Below are positions 52,004-61,532 of a stretch of DNA of 64,000 nucleotides, piece after piece. Below the pieces are notes generated by a model. The model was not told the DNA's origin and ran no database searches. It saw nothing but the letters and a program-made list of their open reading frames with translations. This stretch comes from an uncultured Pseudomonadota bacterium. GTDB taxonomy: Bacteria > Pseudomonadota > Gammaproteobacteria > Steroidobacterales > Steroidobacteraceae. The stretch covers positions 2,933-66,932 of the forward strand of contig CAIKMS010000009.1 of NCBI GenBank assembly GCA_903828595.1. The letters are read 5' to 3'. Each line of letters begins with the position of its first letter. Positions within the stretch are counted from its first letter, which is position 1. Made by a program: the position numbers and the translations under genes.

Positions 52004-53335
52004 ATGGCAGCGTCTCTAGACCGGTCTGAGCTTGAAGCCCTAATTCACAGTGCGCTTACCGAGGCTAAACGCTGTGGCGCGACGGCGGCCGATGCCGGTG
52101 TTTCGGTGGATTCCGGACTGTCCGTGACGGTGCGCCTGGGTGATGTTGAGACCTTGGAGTACCACCGTGACGGGGGTATGGGCATTACGGTTTACCTGGG
52201 CACGCGTAAGGGAACCGCCTCCACCAGTGATTTGGGGCCTTCGGCGATCGCCGAAACGGTTGCCAAGGCGGTGAGCATTGCCCGTTATGCCGCCCAAGAT
52301 GAGTATGCCGGCTTGCCCGATGCGGATCAGTTGGCGCTGACCTACCCGGATTTGGACTTAAGCCACCCGTGGGATCTGCAAGCCGATGAGGCCATTGAGA
52401 TTGCCAAGGCCACCGAAAGCGCTGCGCTTTCGGTGGATGCCCGAATCACTAATTCAGAGGGCGCGTCGGTTGGTACCCACCGCAGCCTCAAGGTGTACGG
52501 AAATACCCTGGGCTTTATAGGCGGATACCCCAGCACTTACTACAGCTTGTCGTGCAGTGTGGTGGGTTGCCAGGACGAGCAGATGGAACGTGATTATTGG
52601 TACAGCGCGGCTCGTTTTCGGGAAGGTCTTGAAGATCCGACCACCATCGGTCGTATCGCGGCTGAGCGCACGGTGCGACGTTTAGGCGCCAGACGACTGG
52701 CCACTACGCGTGCGCCCGTGCTGTTTGTCGCTGAGTTGGCCCGCGGGCTCATCGGTAGTTTTCTGGGTGCGATTCGCGGCGGCAGTCAGTACCGCCGTAG
52801 CTCGTTCCTGCTCGACTCGGCCGGTACGCAAATCTTTCCAAGTTTCATGCAGATTGATGAGCGGCCACATATCGCGCGCGCGCTAGGCAGTGCGCCTTTT
52901 GATGCGGAAGGCTGTCGTACCCACGACAGAGCATTGATCAAAGATGGAGTTCTGGACGGCTATATCTTGAGTAGCTATTCGGCACGCAAGCTGGGACTCA
53001 AAACTACCGGTAATGCGGGTGGCTCACATAACCTCATAGTGGCCTCTGGCGATCAGGATTTCGATGCCCTTGTGCGCCAGATGCACCGTGGCTTGGTCGT
53101 CACCGAGTTAATGGGGCAGGGTGTTAACGGTGTGACCGGCGATTACTCGCGAGGCGCTGCGGGTTTTTGGGTGGAAAACGGGCAGCTTGCCTATCCAGTC
53201 AATGAAATTACGATTGCCGGCAATCTCAAGCAGATGTTTAAGACGCTGGTTGCCGTAGGCAACGACGTGGATCGGCGCGGGTCGTTAGAGACCGGATCTA
53301 TTTTGCTGGATGAGATGACCATCGCCGGTGAATGA
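52004..53335 (+). CDS. pmbA: Metalloprotease PmbA (TldE)
   Basis: The ATG at 52004 gives 443 aa. The sequence is TldD/PmbA-family with a ...GDYSRGAAGFWVENG C-terminal region. It is paired divergently with yjgA. Confidence 0.88.
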   Translation: MAASLDRSELEALIHSALTEAKRCGATAADAGVSVDSGLSVTVRLGDVETLEYHRDGGMGITVYLGTRKGTASTSDLGPSAIAETVAKAVSIARYAAQDEYAGLPDADQLALTYPDLDLSHPWDLQADEAIEIAKATESAALSVDARITNSEGASVGTHRSLKVYGNTLGFIGGYPSTYYSLSCSVVGCQDEQMERDYWYSAARFREGLEDPTTIGRIAAERTVRRLGARRLATTRAPVLFVAELARGLIGSFLGAIRGGSQYRRSSFLLDSAGTQIFPSFMQIDERPHIARALGSAPFDAEGCRTHDRALIKDGVLDGYILSSYSARKLGLKTTGNAGGSHNLIVASGDQDFDALVRQMHRGLVVTELMGQGVNGVTGDYSRGAAGFWVENGQLAYPVNEITIAGNLKQMFKTLVAVGNDVDRRGSLETGSILLDEMTIAGE

Positions 53336-53361
53336 GGCGGCAGGGGTGAGCAACTGTTGCT

Positions 53362-54648
53362 TTAAATAAGGTCCTGTAAGGTTCTGCCGAGTAGATAGGC
53401 TTGTCGTTGACGGCTGAGTTCTGCGACGAAATTATCGGCGACCGTAAGTGTTGGGCTTTCATCTATACCGTCCAGCGGTTCGTGGATTGCAGCGATGATC
53501 TCAGCGAGCGGAATCTGCTCGGGCTTACGAGCTAACTGCAGACGGCGATCACCCCTGACACTGATCAGATTGGCCTGAATCAGGTGATTCAGTACAGAAC
53601 TTAAGTCACCACCTGGGATAGACAGCCGATCGGCTAGAGCGGCGGCGGTATAAGCCATCTGATTGGCCCGCGCGGCTTGGGAAATCAGGATCAGCGATGA
53701 CAGGGCCAAGCGCTCGTTAAGCGTAGAACGGGGTGTCACCGCATGGCTGGCTGCCGATAAGTACCGAGGGTTTTGGATATAAAAGGCCAGTTGCGCACCT
53801 AACAACAGAATAATCCAGCTCAGCCAAATCCAAACCAATGCCAACATAGCGATGGCAAAACCGGCGTAGACGGCCATCATGTGCACGGCATCAGCACCCA
53901 GAACGGCGAACACGCGACCGGCGCCGACCCAGGCGATACTGGCGCAAAGCCCAGCGATCAACGCCGCTTCGGTGCGAACGCGGGTGTTAGGAATCACGCG
54001 ATACAAAAAAGTCAGCGCTAAGCCGACGGTTAACCACGGTGTCAGCAGATGGATAGCTTCAAAGAGTGGACCAATGCTGGTGTGGCTGCGCAGCCAGACT
54101 AAGCTGTTGTGGTGGGTTAAGCCGCTGGCAACGCTCAACGTTGTGATCATCACGATCGGTCCGGCGAGCAAAAGCACCAGGTAATCACCCAAACGCCGAC
54201 GAGTCTCGCGCAGGCGAGGCACGCGCCAAATGAAATTCATGGCCGCTTCGAGCTTTTGCACGGCGCCGATGACACTGACTGACAAGGCGATAAAGCCGAC
54301 GATCCCCACCAAACGTCCTTGCAGGCGCATCACGCTGGCGATGATGTTGGCCGTGAGTTCATCAGCCATCCCGCCCAGTGGCCGCAGGAACTCACCCAGT
54401 ACGGGGGCGAGGTCGTATTCCAAGCCCACTCCCTTGAGCAGCAATAAGGCAAAGGCGATCAATGGCACGATAGAAAGCAGGGTTGTGTAAACCAGACTGC
54501 TCGCGCGTAGCGTGAGGTCACCCAGCCACAGGTCGCGCTGCAGCGCGTACAGGTAGCGAGCCACCGTGCGCGCGCCCGATCCCAGCCAGCCTCGTTGAGG
54601 CGGTGGGACGCGGGGTGTAGGGGTGGTTTTGGCCGAGGATGCGGGCAT
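53362..54648 (-). CDS. YihY/BrkB-family inner-membrane protein with a C-terminal soluble extension
   Basis: The ATG at 54648 gives MPASS.... The core contains LRASSLVYTTLLSIVPLIAF plus multiple TM segments. The last roughly 120 aa are non-membrane and look winged-helix-like. Confidence 0.75.
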   Translation of the reverse strand: MPASSAKTTPTPRVPPPQRGWLGSGARTVARYLYALQRDLWLGDLTLRASSLVYTTLLSIVPLIAFALLLLKGVGLEYDLAPVLGEFLRPLGGMADELTANIIASVMRLQGRLVGIVGFIALSVSVIGAVQKLEAAMNFIWRVPRLRETRRRLGDYLVLLLAGPIVMITTLSVASGLTHHNSLVWLRSHTSIGPLFEAIHLLTPWLTVGLALTFLYRVIPNTRVRTEAALIAGLCASIAWVGAGRVFAVLGADAVHMMAVYAGFAIAMLALVWIWLSWIILLLGAQLAFYIQNPRYLSAASHAVTPRSTLNERLALSSLILISQAARANQMAYTAAALADRLSIPGGDLSSVLNHLIQANLISVRGDRRLQLARKPEQIPLAEIIAAIHEPLDGIDESPTLTVADNFVAELSRQRQAYLLGRTLQDLI

Positions 54649-54805
54649 GGATTTAGAAGCGGTAGTGTTGGAGTGTTGAAAAGCCGCCAAGTGGCTTGAT
54701 CGAATTGAATGAGCTGGCGGGTTGGCAGGATACAATGGCGGTGAAAATTCGTGTGAATTTCAGCCCTGTTGCAGTGGTCCATCGTTTAGCTTGGGAGCCT
54801 GTCTG

Positions 54806-56752
54806 ATGGTGGTGACGGATACAAAAACGCGGGCCCCCTATGGATCCTGGGTGTCGGCTTTGAGCGCGCAGGCGGTGGCCGCCGGTGGTGCGCGGCTGGA
54901 TAATGTTCGTGTCGCCGACGGCGTAATCTACTGGACTGAAAATTTGCCCTCTGAAGGCGGACGCATTGCGCTGTGGCGCTTTGCAAACGGTATGGCAACG
55001 ACCGTGAGTCCGCCGGGATCGAATGTACGCACACGCGTGCATGAGTATGGCGGTGCTCCTTATGGGGTTGCAGGCAGCCGCATCGTCTACAGCCAGTATT
55101 CGGATCAGAAGCTTTATGGGCTGGATGCTTCCGGTGAAGCACGACCCATCAGCCCCTTAGGTTATCGCTACGCGGACCTAGCGCCGGTGCCGGATGATGG
55201 CGTAGCGCCTGGCTTTTGGGTGGGCGTGCGTGAAGATCATACGGACCCTAACCGTATCGTTAATGCCGTCGTGCGCCTGAGCGTGGCTGAACCCGGTGCG
55301 GGTCATGTGCTGTATGAGGCGGCTGATTTTGTCGCTTATCCGCGCGTCAATGCCCAAGGCAATCGGCTTGCGTTCATACGCTGGAATCATCCTGACATGC
55401 CATGGGATGCCACACAGTTAGTGGTGGGTGAGCTCACGGCGAACAGTCTAGGTACGCTGACCGCCATCGCCGGGATCGGTGATCCGGTATCGGTGCTGGA
55501 TCCTAAATGGGCGCCCAACGGCGATTTGTACTTCTTAGCTGATCACAGCAACTACTGGAATTTGTACGTCTGGGATGGCCATGTCACGCGCTGTGTATGG
55601 TCTGTTGCGGCGGAATTAGCCTCGCCGTTGTGGACTCTGGGGCAGTCGAATTACGCGCTGGTAGGCTCGCTGGCCGTTGCCCGAGTCGGTGAACAAGGAA
55701 TAGATAGACTGGCGCGGGTGGATTTACTCACCGGCACGGCCGAGTTCTTTGACCTGCCCTACGTGCGCTATGCCCAGATACAGGCCGATGGGCCGAACCA
55801 CGTGGTGATGTTGGCAGCCTCAGCCGATGCACCGTTATCCATCGTGCGACTGGATGTGCGCCAGGCACAGATCAGCGTGGTGCGTCAGGCCGGCAGTGCT
55901 CGTCTAGAGCCGCGTACGGTCTCCAAGGCACAGCGATTGGCCTACCCCAGCACGGGCGGGCGGTTGGCCCACGCCTTTTATTATCCGCCCTGCAATCCGG
56001 CTTTCGAGGCAGCACCGTCCGAGCGGCCACCTGTTATTGCGTTTGTGCACGGAGGCCCTACCGCACAAGCGCTGCCGGATTATTCACCGTCGGTTCAATA
56101 CTGGACCACGCGTGGCTTTGCGGTGGTGGATGTTAATTACGCTGGCAGTGCCGGCTTTGGTCGTGCTTACCGCCAGGCGTTAAACGGCGCCTGGGGTGTG
56201 GCGGATGTGGAAGATGTGATCAGCGCCATAAGCTATCTGACCCAGGCCGGCTTGGTCGATAATCAGCGCACGGCGATCAGCGGCGGCAGCGCGGGCGGGT
56301 TCACGGTGCTGGTGGCTTTAGCCACCAGCGATGTGTTTCATGCAGGAGCGGATTATTACGGGGTCTCTGATATGAGCGCGCTGGCGCGAGACACCCACAA
56401 ATTTGAGAGTCGCTATTTAGATTCTTTGATAGGGCCGCTACCGCAGTCTCAGGCCATCTATGACAGTCGCTCGCCGCTCAATCATTTAGACGGTTTTAAG
56501 GCGCCGTTAATCGTATTTCAGGGTGCCGAAGATCCTATTGTGCCGCCCAATCAGTCCGAACTGATTGTTAATGCGCTGCGTGCGCGTCGTGCGCCGGTTG
56601 CGTACTTGCTGTATCCCGGCGAAGCCCACGGCTTTCGTCGATCTGAAAATATCATTCGATCTTTGCAGGCGGAATTAACCTTTTATGGTCGAGTGTTTGG
56701 CTTTACACCAGCCGATGACTTGCCTGAGTTATTGATCGAGAACTTACCCTAA
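54806..56752 (+). CDS. S9-family serine peptidase (prolyl oligopeptidase/acylaminoacyl-peptidase type)
   Basis: The ATG at 54806 follows a GGGAG Shine-Dalgarno sequence. The N-terminal region looks like a beta-propeller. The C-terminal alpha/beta hydrolase domain has the GGSAGG nucleophile elbow and the pattern D...H. Confidence 0.8.
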   Translation: MVVTDTKTRAPYGSWVSALSAQAVAAGGARLDNVRVADGVIYWTENLPSEGGRIALWRFANGMATTVSPPGSNVRTRVHEYGGAPYGVAGSRIVYSQYSDQKLYGLDASGEARPISPLGYRYADLAPVPDDGVAPGFWVGVREDHTDPNRIVNAVVRLSVAEPGAGHVLYEAADFVAYPRVNAQGNRLAFIRWNHPDMPWDATQLVVGELTANSLGTLTAIAGIGDPVSVLDPKWAPNGDLYFLADHSNYWNLYVWDGHVTRCVWSVAAELASPLWTLGQSNYALVGSLAVARVGEQGIDRLARVDLLTGTAEFFDLPYVRYAQIQADGPNHVVMLAASADAPLSIVRLDVRQAQISVVRQAGSARLEPRTVSKAQRLAYPSTGGRLAHAFYYPPCNPAFEAAPSERPPVIAFVHGGPTAQALPDYSPSVQYWTTRGFAVVDVNYAGSAGFGRAYRQALNGAWGVADVEDVISAISYLTQAGLVDNQRTAISGGSAGGFTVLVALATSDVFHAGADYYGVSDMSALARDTHKFESRYLDSLIGPLPQSQAIYDSRSPLNHLDGFKAPLIVFQGAEDPIVPPNQSELIVNALRARRAPVAYLLYPGEAHGFRRSENIIRSLQAELTFYGRVFGFTPADDLPELLIENLP

Positions 56753-56764
56753 GGGATTGTTGTC

Positions 56765-57577
56765 ATGAGCCGATTGCCGACGCGTATCGTCTGCCTCACG
56801 GAGGAGACCACCGAGACTTTGTACTTGTTAGGTGAGGAAGATCGTATTGTGGGTATCTCGGGTTTTACGGTACGTCCGGCTAGAGCCCGACGGGATAAAC
56901 CCAAGGTCTCAGCTTTTACGAGCGCTAAGATCGATAAGATTTTGCAGCTAAAGCCCGATTTAGTCTTAGGCTTTTCTGATCTACAGGCGGATATTGCCGC
57001 GCAGTTGATTCGCGCCGGAATCGAAGTTCATATTTATAACCAGCGCTCGGTCGAAGGCATCTTAGGCATGGTGCTGTCGGTGAGCGCGCTGGTCGGTGCG
57101 CGCGAGCGCGGTGAGCAACTCGTCGCGAAGCTAGACGCTGTGTTGCAAGAGGTCAGGCAACGGGCCGAACAACTCACTTATCGTCCGTGGGTCTACTTCG
57201 AGGAGTGGGATAGTCCGCCGATCAGTGCTATTCGCTGGGTCTCGGAGTTGATCGAGATCGCCGGCGGTAGAGACTGTTTTCCGGAGTTGGCCGTACAGCC
57301 CTTGGGCCGTGATCGCATTATCGCTGATCCCATGGAAGTTCCACGACGCGCCCCGGACCTTATCATCGGCTCCTGGTGCGGTAAGAAGTTCACAGCCGAT
57401 AGCGTCTGCGAGCGGCCGGGTTGGGATCAGGTGCCGGCGGTAAGAGATCGCGCGCTGTACGAGATAAAGTCGCCGCTCATCCTGCAGCCAGGCCCGGCCG
57501 CGCTGACTGACGGTCTGGCCGGGTTGCAGGATGCCATCCTAGATTGGACCAAGCGCCATTCTAAAGGCCGTGTATGA
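56765..57577 (+). CDS. BtuF-like (Peripla_BP_2) cobalamin/siderophore-binding-fold protein lacking a signal peptide
   Basis: The 270-aa ORF reads RIVCLTEETTETLYLLGEEDRIVGIS...LKPDLVLGFS. No hydrophobic leader is present. Confidence 0.65.
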   Translation: MSRLPTRIVCLTEETTETLYLLGEEDRIVGISGFTVRPARARRDKPKVSAFTSAKIDKILQLKPDLVLGFSDLQADIAAQLIRAGIEVHIYNQRSVEGILGMVLSVSALVGARERGEQLVAKLDAVLQEVRQRAEQLTYRPWVYFEEWDSPPISAIRWVSELIEIAGGRDCFPELAVQPLGRDRIIADPMEVPRRAPDLIIGSWCGKKFTADSVCERPGWDQVPAVRDRALYEIKSPLILQPGPAALTDGLAGLQDAILDWTKRHSKGRV

Positions 57578-57580
57578 GCC

Positions 57581-58471
57581 TTAAGCTTGGGTGAGCAGAG
57601 CCAAGGCTGTGCGGTACTTTTCCGAGGTGCGAGCGATGACCTCAGCGGGCAGCGCGGGTCCGGGTGCTGTTTTATTCCAGTCCAGCGTCTCTAAATAATC
57701 GCGTACGTACTGTTTGTCGAAGGACGGCGGGTTGGAGCCTGGCTGATAGCTCTCCACCGGCCAGAAACGCGATGAATCCGGGGTCAGCGCTTCGTCGATC
57801 AGAACGACTTCGCCGGACGGGTCTAGACCAAATTCGAACTTGGTATCCGCGATGATGATGCCGCGCGTCAGCGCATAGGCGGCCGCGGTTTGGTAGAGGT
57901 TGAGCGCGATGTCGCGCACTTTGTGCGCAAGCTCAGAACCGATGTCATGGGCCATGCGCTCAAACGATACGTTCTCGTCATGCGCGCCGATCTCTGCTTT
58001 GGTGGCTGGCGTAAATATCGGAGTCGGCAAGCGGTCGGCTAAACGCAAGCCGGCTTCTAAACGGGTACCGCAAATCTCTTGAGTCGCGCTGTAATCTTTC
58101 CAACCCGAGCCGCACAAATAACCGCGCACAACGGCCTCAAAGGGCAGGGGCTTTAGTTTTTTTACGACCAGGCTGCGTCCGCTCAATTGGGCGATTTCCG
58201 TCGGGTCTGTTATGTAATCTGTGAAAGCGCGCCCCGACAAATGGTTAGGCACAAGGCCACCTAAGCGATCAAACCAGAAATTCGAAATCTGGGTCAGGAC
58301 CTGGCCCTTGTAGGGTATGGGGTCCGGCAAGATCACATCAAACGCCGACAACCGATCCGTGGTAACGATAAGCATAAGATCGTCGGGCAACTCGTAAATA
58401 TCGCGGACCTTGCCCTGGTGAAGGAGTTTTAAGCCCTGAAGATCGGTCGAAAAAACGGTATCGGGTGTCAT
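57581..58471 (-). CDS. purC: SAICAR synthetase (long form)
   Basis: The 296-aa ORF contains LLHQGKVRDIY and LIDEALTPDSSRFW. Confidence 0.92.
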   Translation of the reverse strand: MTPDTVFSTDLQGLKLLHQGKVRDIYELPDDLMLIVTTDRLSAFDVILPDPIPYKGQVLTQISNFWFDRLGGLVPNHLSGRAFTDYITDPTEIAQLSGRSLVVKKLKPLPFEAVVRGYLCGSGWKDYSATQEICGTRLEAGLRLADRLPTPIFTPATKAEIGAHDENVSFERMAHDIGSELAHKVRDIALNLYQTAAAYALTRGIIIADTKFEFGLDPSGEVVLIDEALTPDSSRFWPVESYQPGSNPPSFDKQYVRDYLETLDWNKTAPGPALPAEVIARTSEKYRTALALLTQA

Positions 58472-58697
58472 GAATGGATTCGCTAAAAGTCGAGGTGAAG
58501 CGCTTTTGCACCGTCAAAGTCGGGCACAAGGCGACGAAGGTTGGCCGCCCTGGCGCGGCCCGATGTCAGTAAACGTGAATCGGTATGACCGATCCTGAGG
58601 ATGCGACTGTTACCATAGGCTTTCGCCCCAAGGTTCGCCCAGCGTATCTTCAGGGCTGCATTTTGGCAGCGTGCCTTAAACAGGGTCAAGAATAGTC

Positions 58698-59486
58698 GTG
58701 CAGTGGCAAGGAAAGGTTTTAGGTGCTTTGGTGGGGCTGATTTTTGGCCCAATGGGAGCCTTGGTTGGGCTGGTTTTAGGCCATGTCTATGACAGCCAAC
58801 CCACCCCCGCGGGCGCCCGACCGGCGCCTGGATCCGGTGGCAGCGCGCTGGAAATTCGCAAAGTCTTCTACGAGACAACCTTTGCCGTTATGGGCCATCT
58901 GGCCAAACTTGACGGACGCGTGTCTGAGTCTGAGATTCAGGCGGCGCGTCAGGTTATGCAGTTTCTGCAGTTAGGGCCGGATCAGGTTCAAAATGCCATT
59001 GCCTGCTTCTCGCGCGGTAAAGCCCCGGATTACCCATTGAGTGCGGAGATTAGTCGATTGCGGCAGTTGTGCGCGGGTCATCCGCAGTTGTTGCGCTTGT
59101 TTATGGATTTGCAGGTGCGCGCGGCTATAGCCGGAAACGACTTAGTCGGTCCGGTACGCGCGAGGCTGCAGTTGGTTGCCGAAGCACTGGGCTTTTCAGC
59201 GATCGAATTGGCACACATTGAGATGATGGATCGGGTACGGCGCGGTGGCGTTAATTCCCGTCCGGCGGGCTCGGCGCTCGCCGATTCCTACGCCGTGTTG
59301 GGAATAAATGATCAAGCAAGCGACGCGGAGGTCAAGAAAGCGTATCGTCGTCAGATGAGCGAGAACCATCCGGATAAGCTCGTGGCCCGGGGTTTGCCCG
59401 AGTCCATGCAGGAACTCGCCAAGGAAAAAACACAGCGTGTCAGAGAAGCCTACGAAACGATCGCCGCCAGCCGCGGTTTCCGCTGA
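58698..59486 (+). CDS. djlA: Co-chaperone DjlA
   Basis: The ORF has a GTG start, an N-terminal TM segment (VLGALVGLIFGPMGALVGLVLG), a TerB-like middle region and a C-terminal J domain (YAVLGI...HPDK). Confidence 0.85.
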   Translation: MQWQGKVLGALVGLIFGPMGALVGLVLGHVYDSQPTPAGARPAPGSGGSALEIRKVFYETTFAVMGHLAKLDGRVSESEIQAARQVMQFLQLGPDQVQNAIACFSRGKAPDYPLSAEISRLRQLCAGHPQLLRLFMDLQVRAAIAGNDLVGPVRARLQLVAEALGFSAIELAHIEMMDRVRRGGVNSRPAGSALADSYAVLGINDQASDAEVKKAYRRQMSENHPDKLVARGLPESMQELAKEKTQRVREAYETIAASRGFR

Positions 59487-59967
59487 GCCTGTAGTGGCTG
59501 TAAAAGCGCGAAAAAAAGCCGCACCGAAGGCCGCGACTGACGTGGCTGCGCCCGCTGTGGTTAAGTCGACTAAGCGCGCCGCCGCGGTGGTTGAGCCTGT
59601 GCTGCCGCAGCCGATTGCCGAAAACGTACCGTTGGCCCTAAAAAACTTTTTGCGAGTCTCGGATTCCTGGGAGCTGTCGGAGATTCAGCAGTGCCGTTTA
59701 CTGCGCTGTCCGTCTGCTGCGGTTCTGCGGCGCTACCGTGCCGGGCAAGGCCCGCGTTTAACGCCGGCTCAGCAGAAGCGTATCCAGATTATTACCGGCA
59801 TCCACGCCGCCTTAGCTAAAAATGGTTTTGCCGGCGATCGTGCGTATCGATGGATGCATGAAGCGCGCAAGGAAGCCCCTTTTAAGGGCGAGACGCCGGT
59901 GCATTTTATGATGGAAGGCGGCGTTGATGCTTTGATTGAGGTGGCTCACCTGCTCTCTGGCCGCTAG
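59437..59967 (+). CDS. Hypothetical protein with a DUF2384-like (Xre/MbcA/ParS antitoxin C-terminal) region
   Basis: The C-terminus, RWMHEARKEAPFKGETPVHFMMEGGVDALIEVAHLL, resembles the DUF2384 pattern. The N-terminus is Ala/Lys/Pro-rich. The maximal ORF overlaps djlA by 50 nt, and an in-frame GTG at 59494 is an alternative start. Confidence 0.45.
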   Translation: MSEKPTKRSPPAAVSAEPVVAVKARKKAAPKAATDVAAPAVVKSTKRAAAVVEPVLPQPIAENVPLALKNFLRVSDSWELSEIQQCRLLRCPSAAVLRRYRAGQGPRLTPAQQKRIQIITGIHAALAKNGFAGDRAYRWMHEARKEAPFKGETPVHFMMEGGVDALIEVAHLLSGR

Positions 59968-60068
59968 TGTCTTATCGCAAAGCGAAAAGGCGTGCCTGCA
60001 TGCTAGGCTTTGAGGATCTGTGATTTGAGCAGATCACCCTAACCTTGATGCGTGGAGCCTTAAGTCTC

Positions 60069-60776
60069 ATGACTGATTCAGCTATTTCACCCCAGCTTCC
60101 GGCCTTAATCGCGCCGTCTATTCTTTCGGCTGATTTTGCGCGCTTGGGTGAAGACGTGGACCGAGTGCTCGCGGCGGGCGCGGATGTAGTGCACTTTGAC
60201 GTGATGGACAATCACTACGTGCCGAACCTGACGATAGGCCCGTTGGTTTTGTCCTCACTTCGCCGCTACGGATTGACCGCTGAGGTTGATGTGCACCTGA
60301 TGGTCAAGCCCGTTGACCGTATCGTGGCGGACTTTGCAGCGGCCGGCGCTAACTGGATCAGTTTTCACCCCGAAGCCTCCGAGCACGTCGATCGCACCAT
60401 TCACCTGATTCGCGAACACGGCTGCCGGCCAGGCCTGGTGCTTAATCCGGCCACGCCTTTGGATGTGTTGGATTACGTGCTGGATCAGATAGATCTGATA
60501 CTGGTGATGTCGGTAAACCCAGGCTTTGGTGGGCAGTCATTCATACCCAGCGCGCTGAATAAATTGCGCGCTATTCGCAGTCGCATTGATCAAAGCGGCA
60601 GACAGATTCGACTGGAAGTGGATGGCGGCGTCAAAATCGACAACGCGGCTGCCATCGCGGCGGCGGGTGCTGACATGTTTGTCGCAGGCTCGGCTATCTT
60701 TGGCTCTAGCGACTACGGCGCAACGATTAAACGCATGCGCGAGGAAATTGCTTTAGGGCGACATCGCGGCGCGTAG
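60069..60776 (+). CDS. rpe: Ribulose-phosphate 3-epimerase
   Basis: The ATG at 60069 gives a protein containing [29 protein letters not shown] and [10 protein letters not shown]. Confidence 0.93.
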   Translation: MTDSAISPQLPALIAPSILSADFARLGEDVDRVLAAGADVVHFDVMDNHYVPNLTIGPLVLSSLRRYGLTAEVDVHLMVKPVDRIVADFAAAGANWISFHPEASEHVDRTIHLIREHGCRPGLVLNPATPLDVLDYVLDQIDLILVMSVNPGFGGQSFIPSALNKLRAIRSRIDQSGRQIRLEVDGGVKIDNAAAIAAAGADMFVAGSAIFGSSDYGATIKRMREEIALGRHRGA

Positions 60777-60790
60777 AACGCGCCGCGATG
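60762..60790. terminator. Perfect 13-bp inverted repeat between convergent rpe and crp, a candidate bidirectional terminator
   Basis: CATCGCGGCGCGT (60762-60774) pairs with ACGCGCCGCGATG (60778-60790) around an AGA loop. The repeat spans the rpe stop codon. Confidence 0.55.
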
Positions 60791-60800
60791 GCTTGGCTGT

Positions 60801-61532
60801 TTACTCGTCATCATCCTCGTCGTCGTCCTGATGCTTAGCCATGCGCGCCCGCGCCTCTTTGGTGGGCACGATAACCGGACGCGTCTTGACCTTGGGTCTT
60901 GCCCCGAAGACCACGATAGTCTTGCCGGTGGCCTTGAGCAGTCCTTGCTCTTCGAGGACCTTGAGCACTCGGCCGGCCATTTCACGCGAGCAACCCACCA
61001 GGCGGGATAGCTCCTGACGGCTGACCTTGATCTGCATGCCCTGCGGGTGGGTCATGGCATCCGGCTCACCGCACAGATCCATGATGGCGTGTGCAACGCG
61101 CCCGGTGACATCCACAAACGCCAGATCACCGAGCTTGCGGTTGGTGCGATCCAGACGGGTCGCTAGCTGGGTGGCGAGCTCAAAAATCAGGCCCGGTGAT
61201 TCGGCGGCGATCTGCCGGAAACGCGGATAAGTCATCTCAGCCAGTTCGCAGCTTTGGCGGGTGCGCACCCAGGCGCTGCGCGTGGCGGCATCGTGGAATA
61301 AGCCCATTTCGCCGAAGAACTGACCCTTATTGAGATAGGCCAGAACCATCTCATTGCCTTCCTCGTCCTCGATCATGACTTCTACAGAGCCGGTCATGAT
61401 GTAGTAGAGAACGTCGGGCATGTCACCGGCATGAATAATCACGGTCTTCGATGGCACGCTACGAATGCGGCAGTAACTGAGAAACCGGCTAATCGCCGGC
61501 AGGTCACCGAGCGGCTTATGCATCTCTTCCAT
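60801..61532 (-). CDS. crp: CRP/Vfr-family cyclic-nucleotide-responsive transcription factor with a 30-aa C-terminal tail
   Basis: The ORF contains GEMGLFHDAATRSAWVRTRQSCELAEM, which retains the cAMP-contacting R-S pair. It also has the HTH RQELSRLVGCSREMAGRVLKVLE. After GKTIVVFGAR there is an extra basic-then-acidic tail ending DDDEDDDE. Confidence 0.88.
   Translation of the reverse strand: MEEMHKPLGDLPAISRFLSYCRIRSVPSKTVIIHAGDMPDVLYYIMTGSVEVMIEDEEGNEMVLAYLNKGQFFGEMGLFHDAATRSAWVRTRQSCELAEMTYPRFRQIAAESPGLIFELATQLATRLDRTNRKLGDLAFVDVTGRVAHAIMDLCGEPDAMTHPQGMQIKVSRQELSRLVGCSREMAGRVLKVLEEQGLLKATGKTIVVFGARPKVKTRPVIVPTKEARARMAKHQDDDEDDDE

Noticed and set aside
58483-58878. 131-aa minus-strand ORF in the purC-djlA intergenic region and the djlA 5' end.
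   Set aside because: It overlaps the djlA N-terminal TM-coding region, has an Arg-rich composition and shows no recognisable family.
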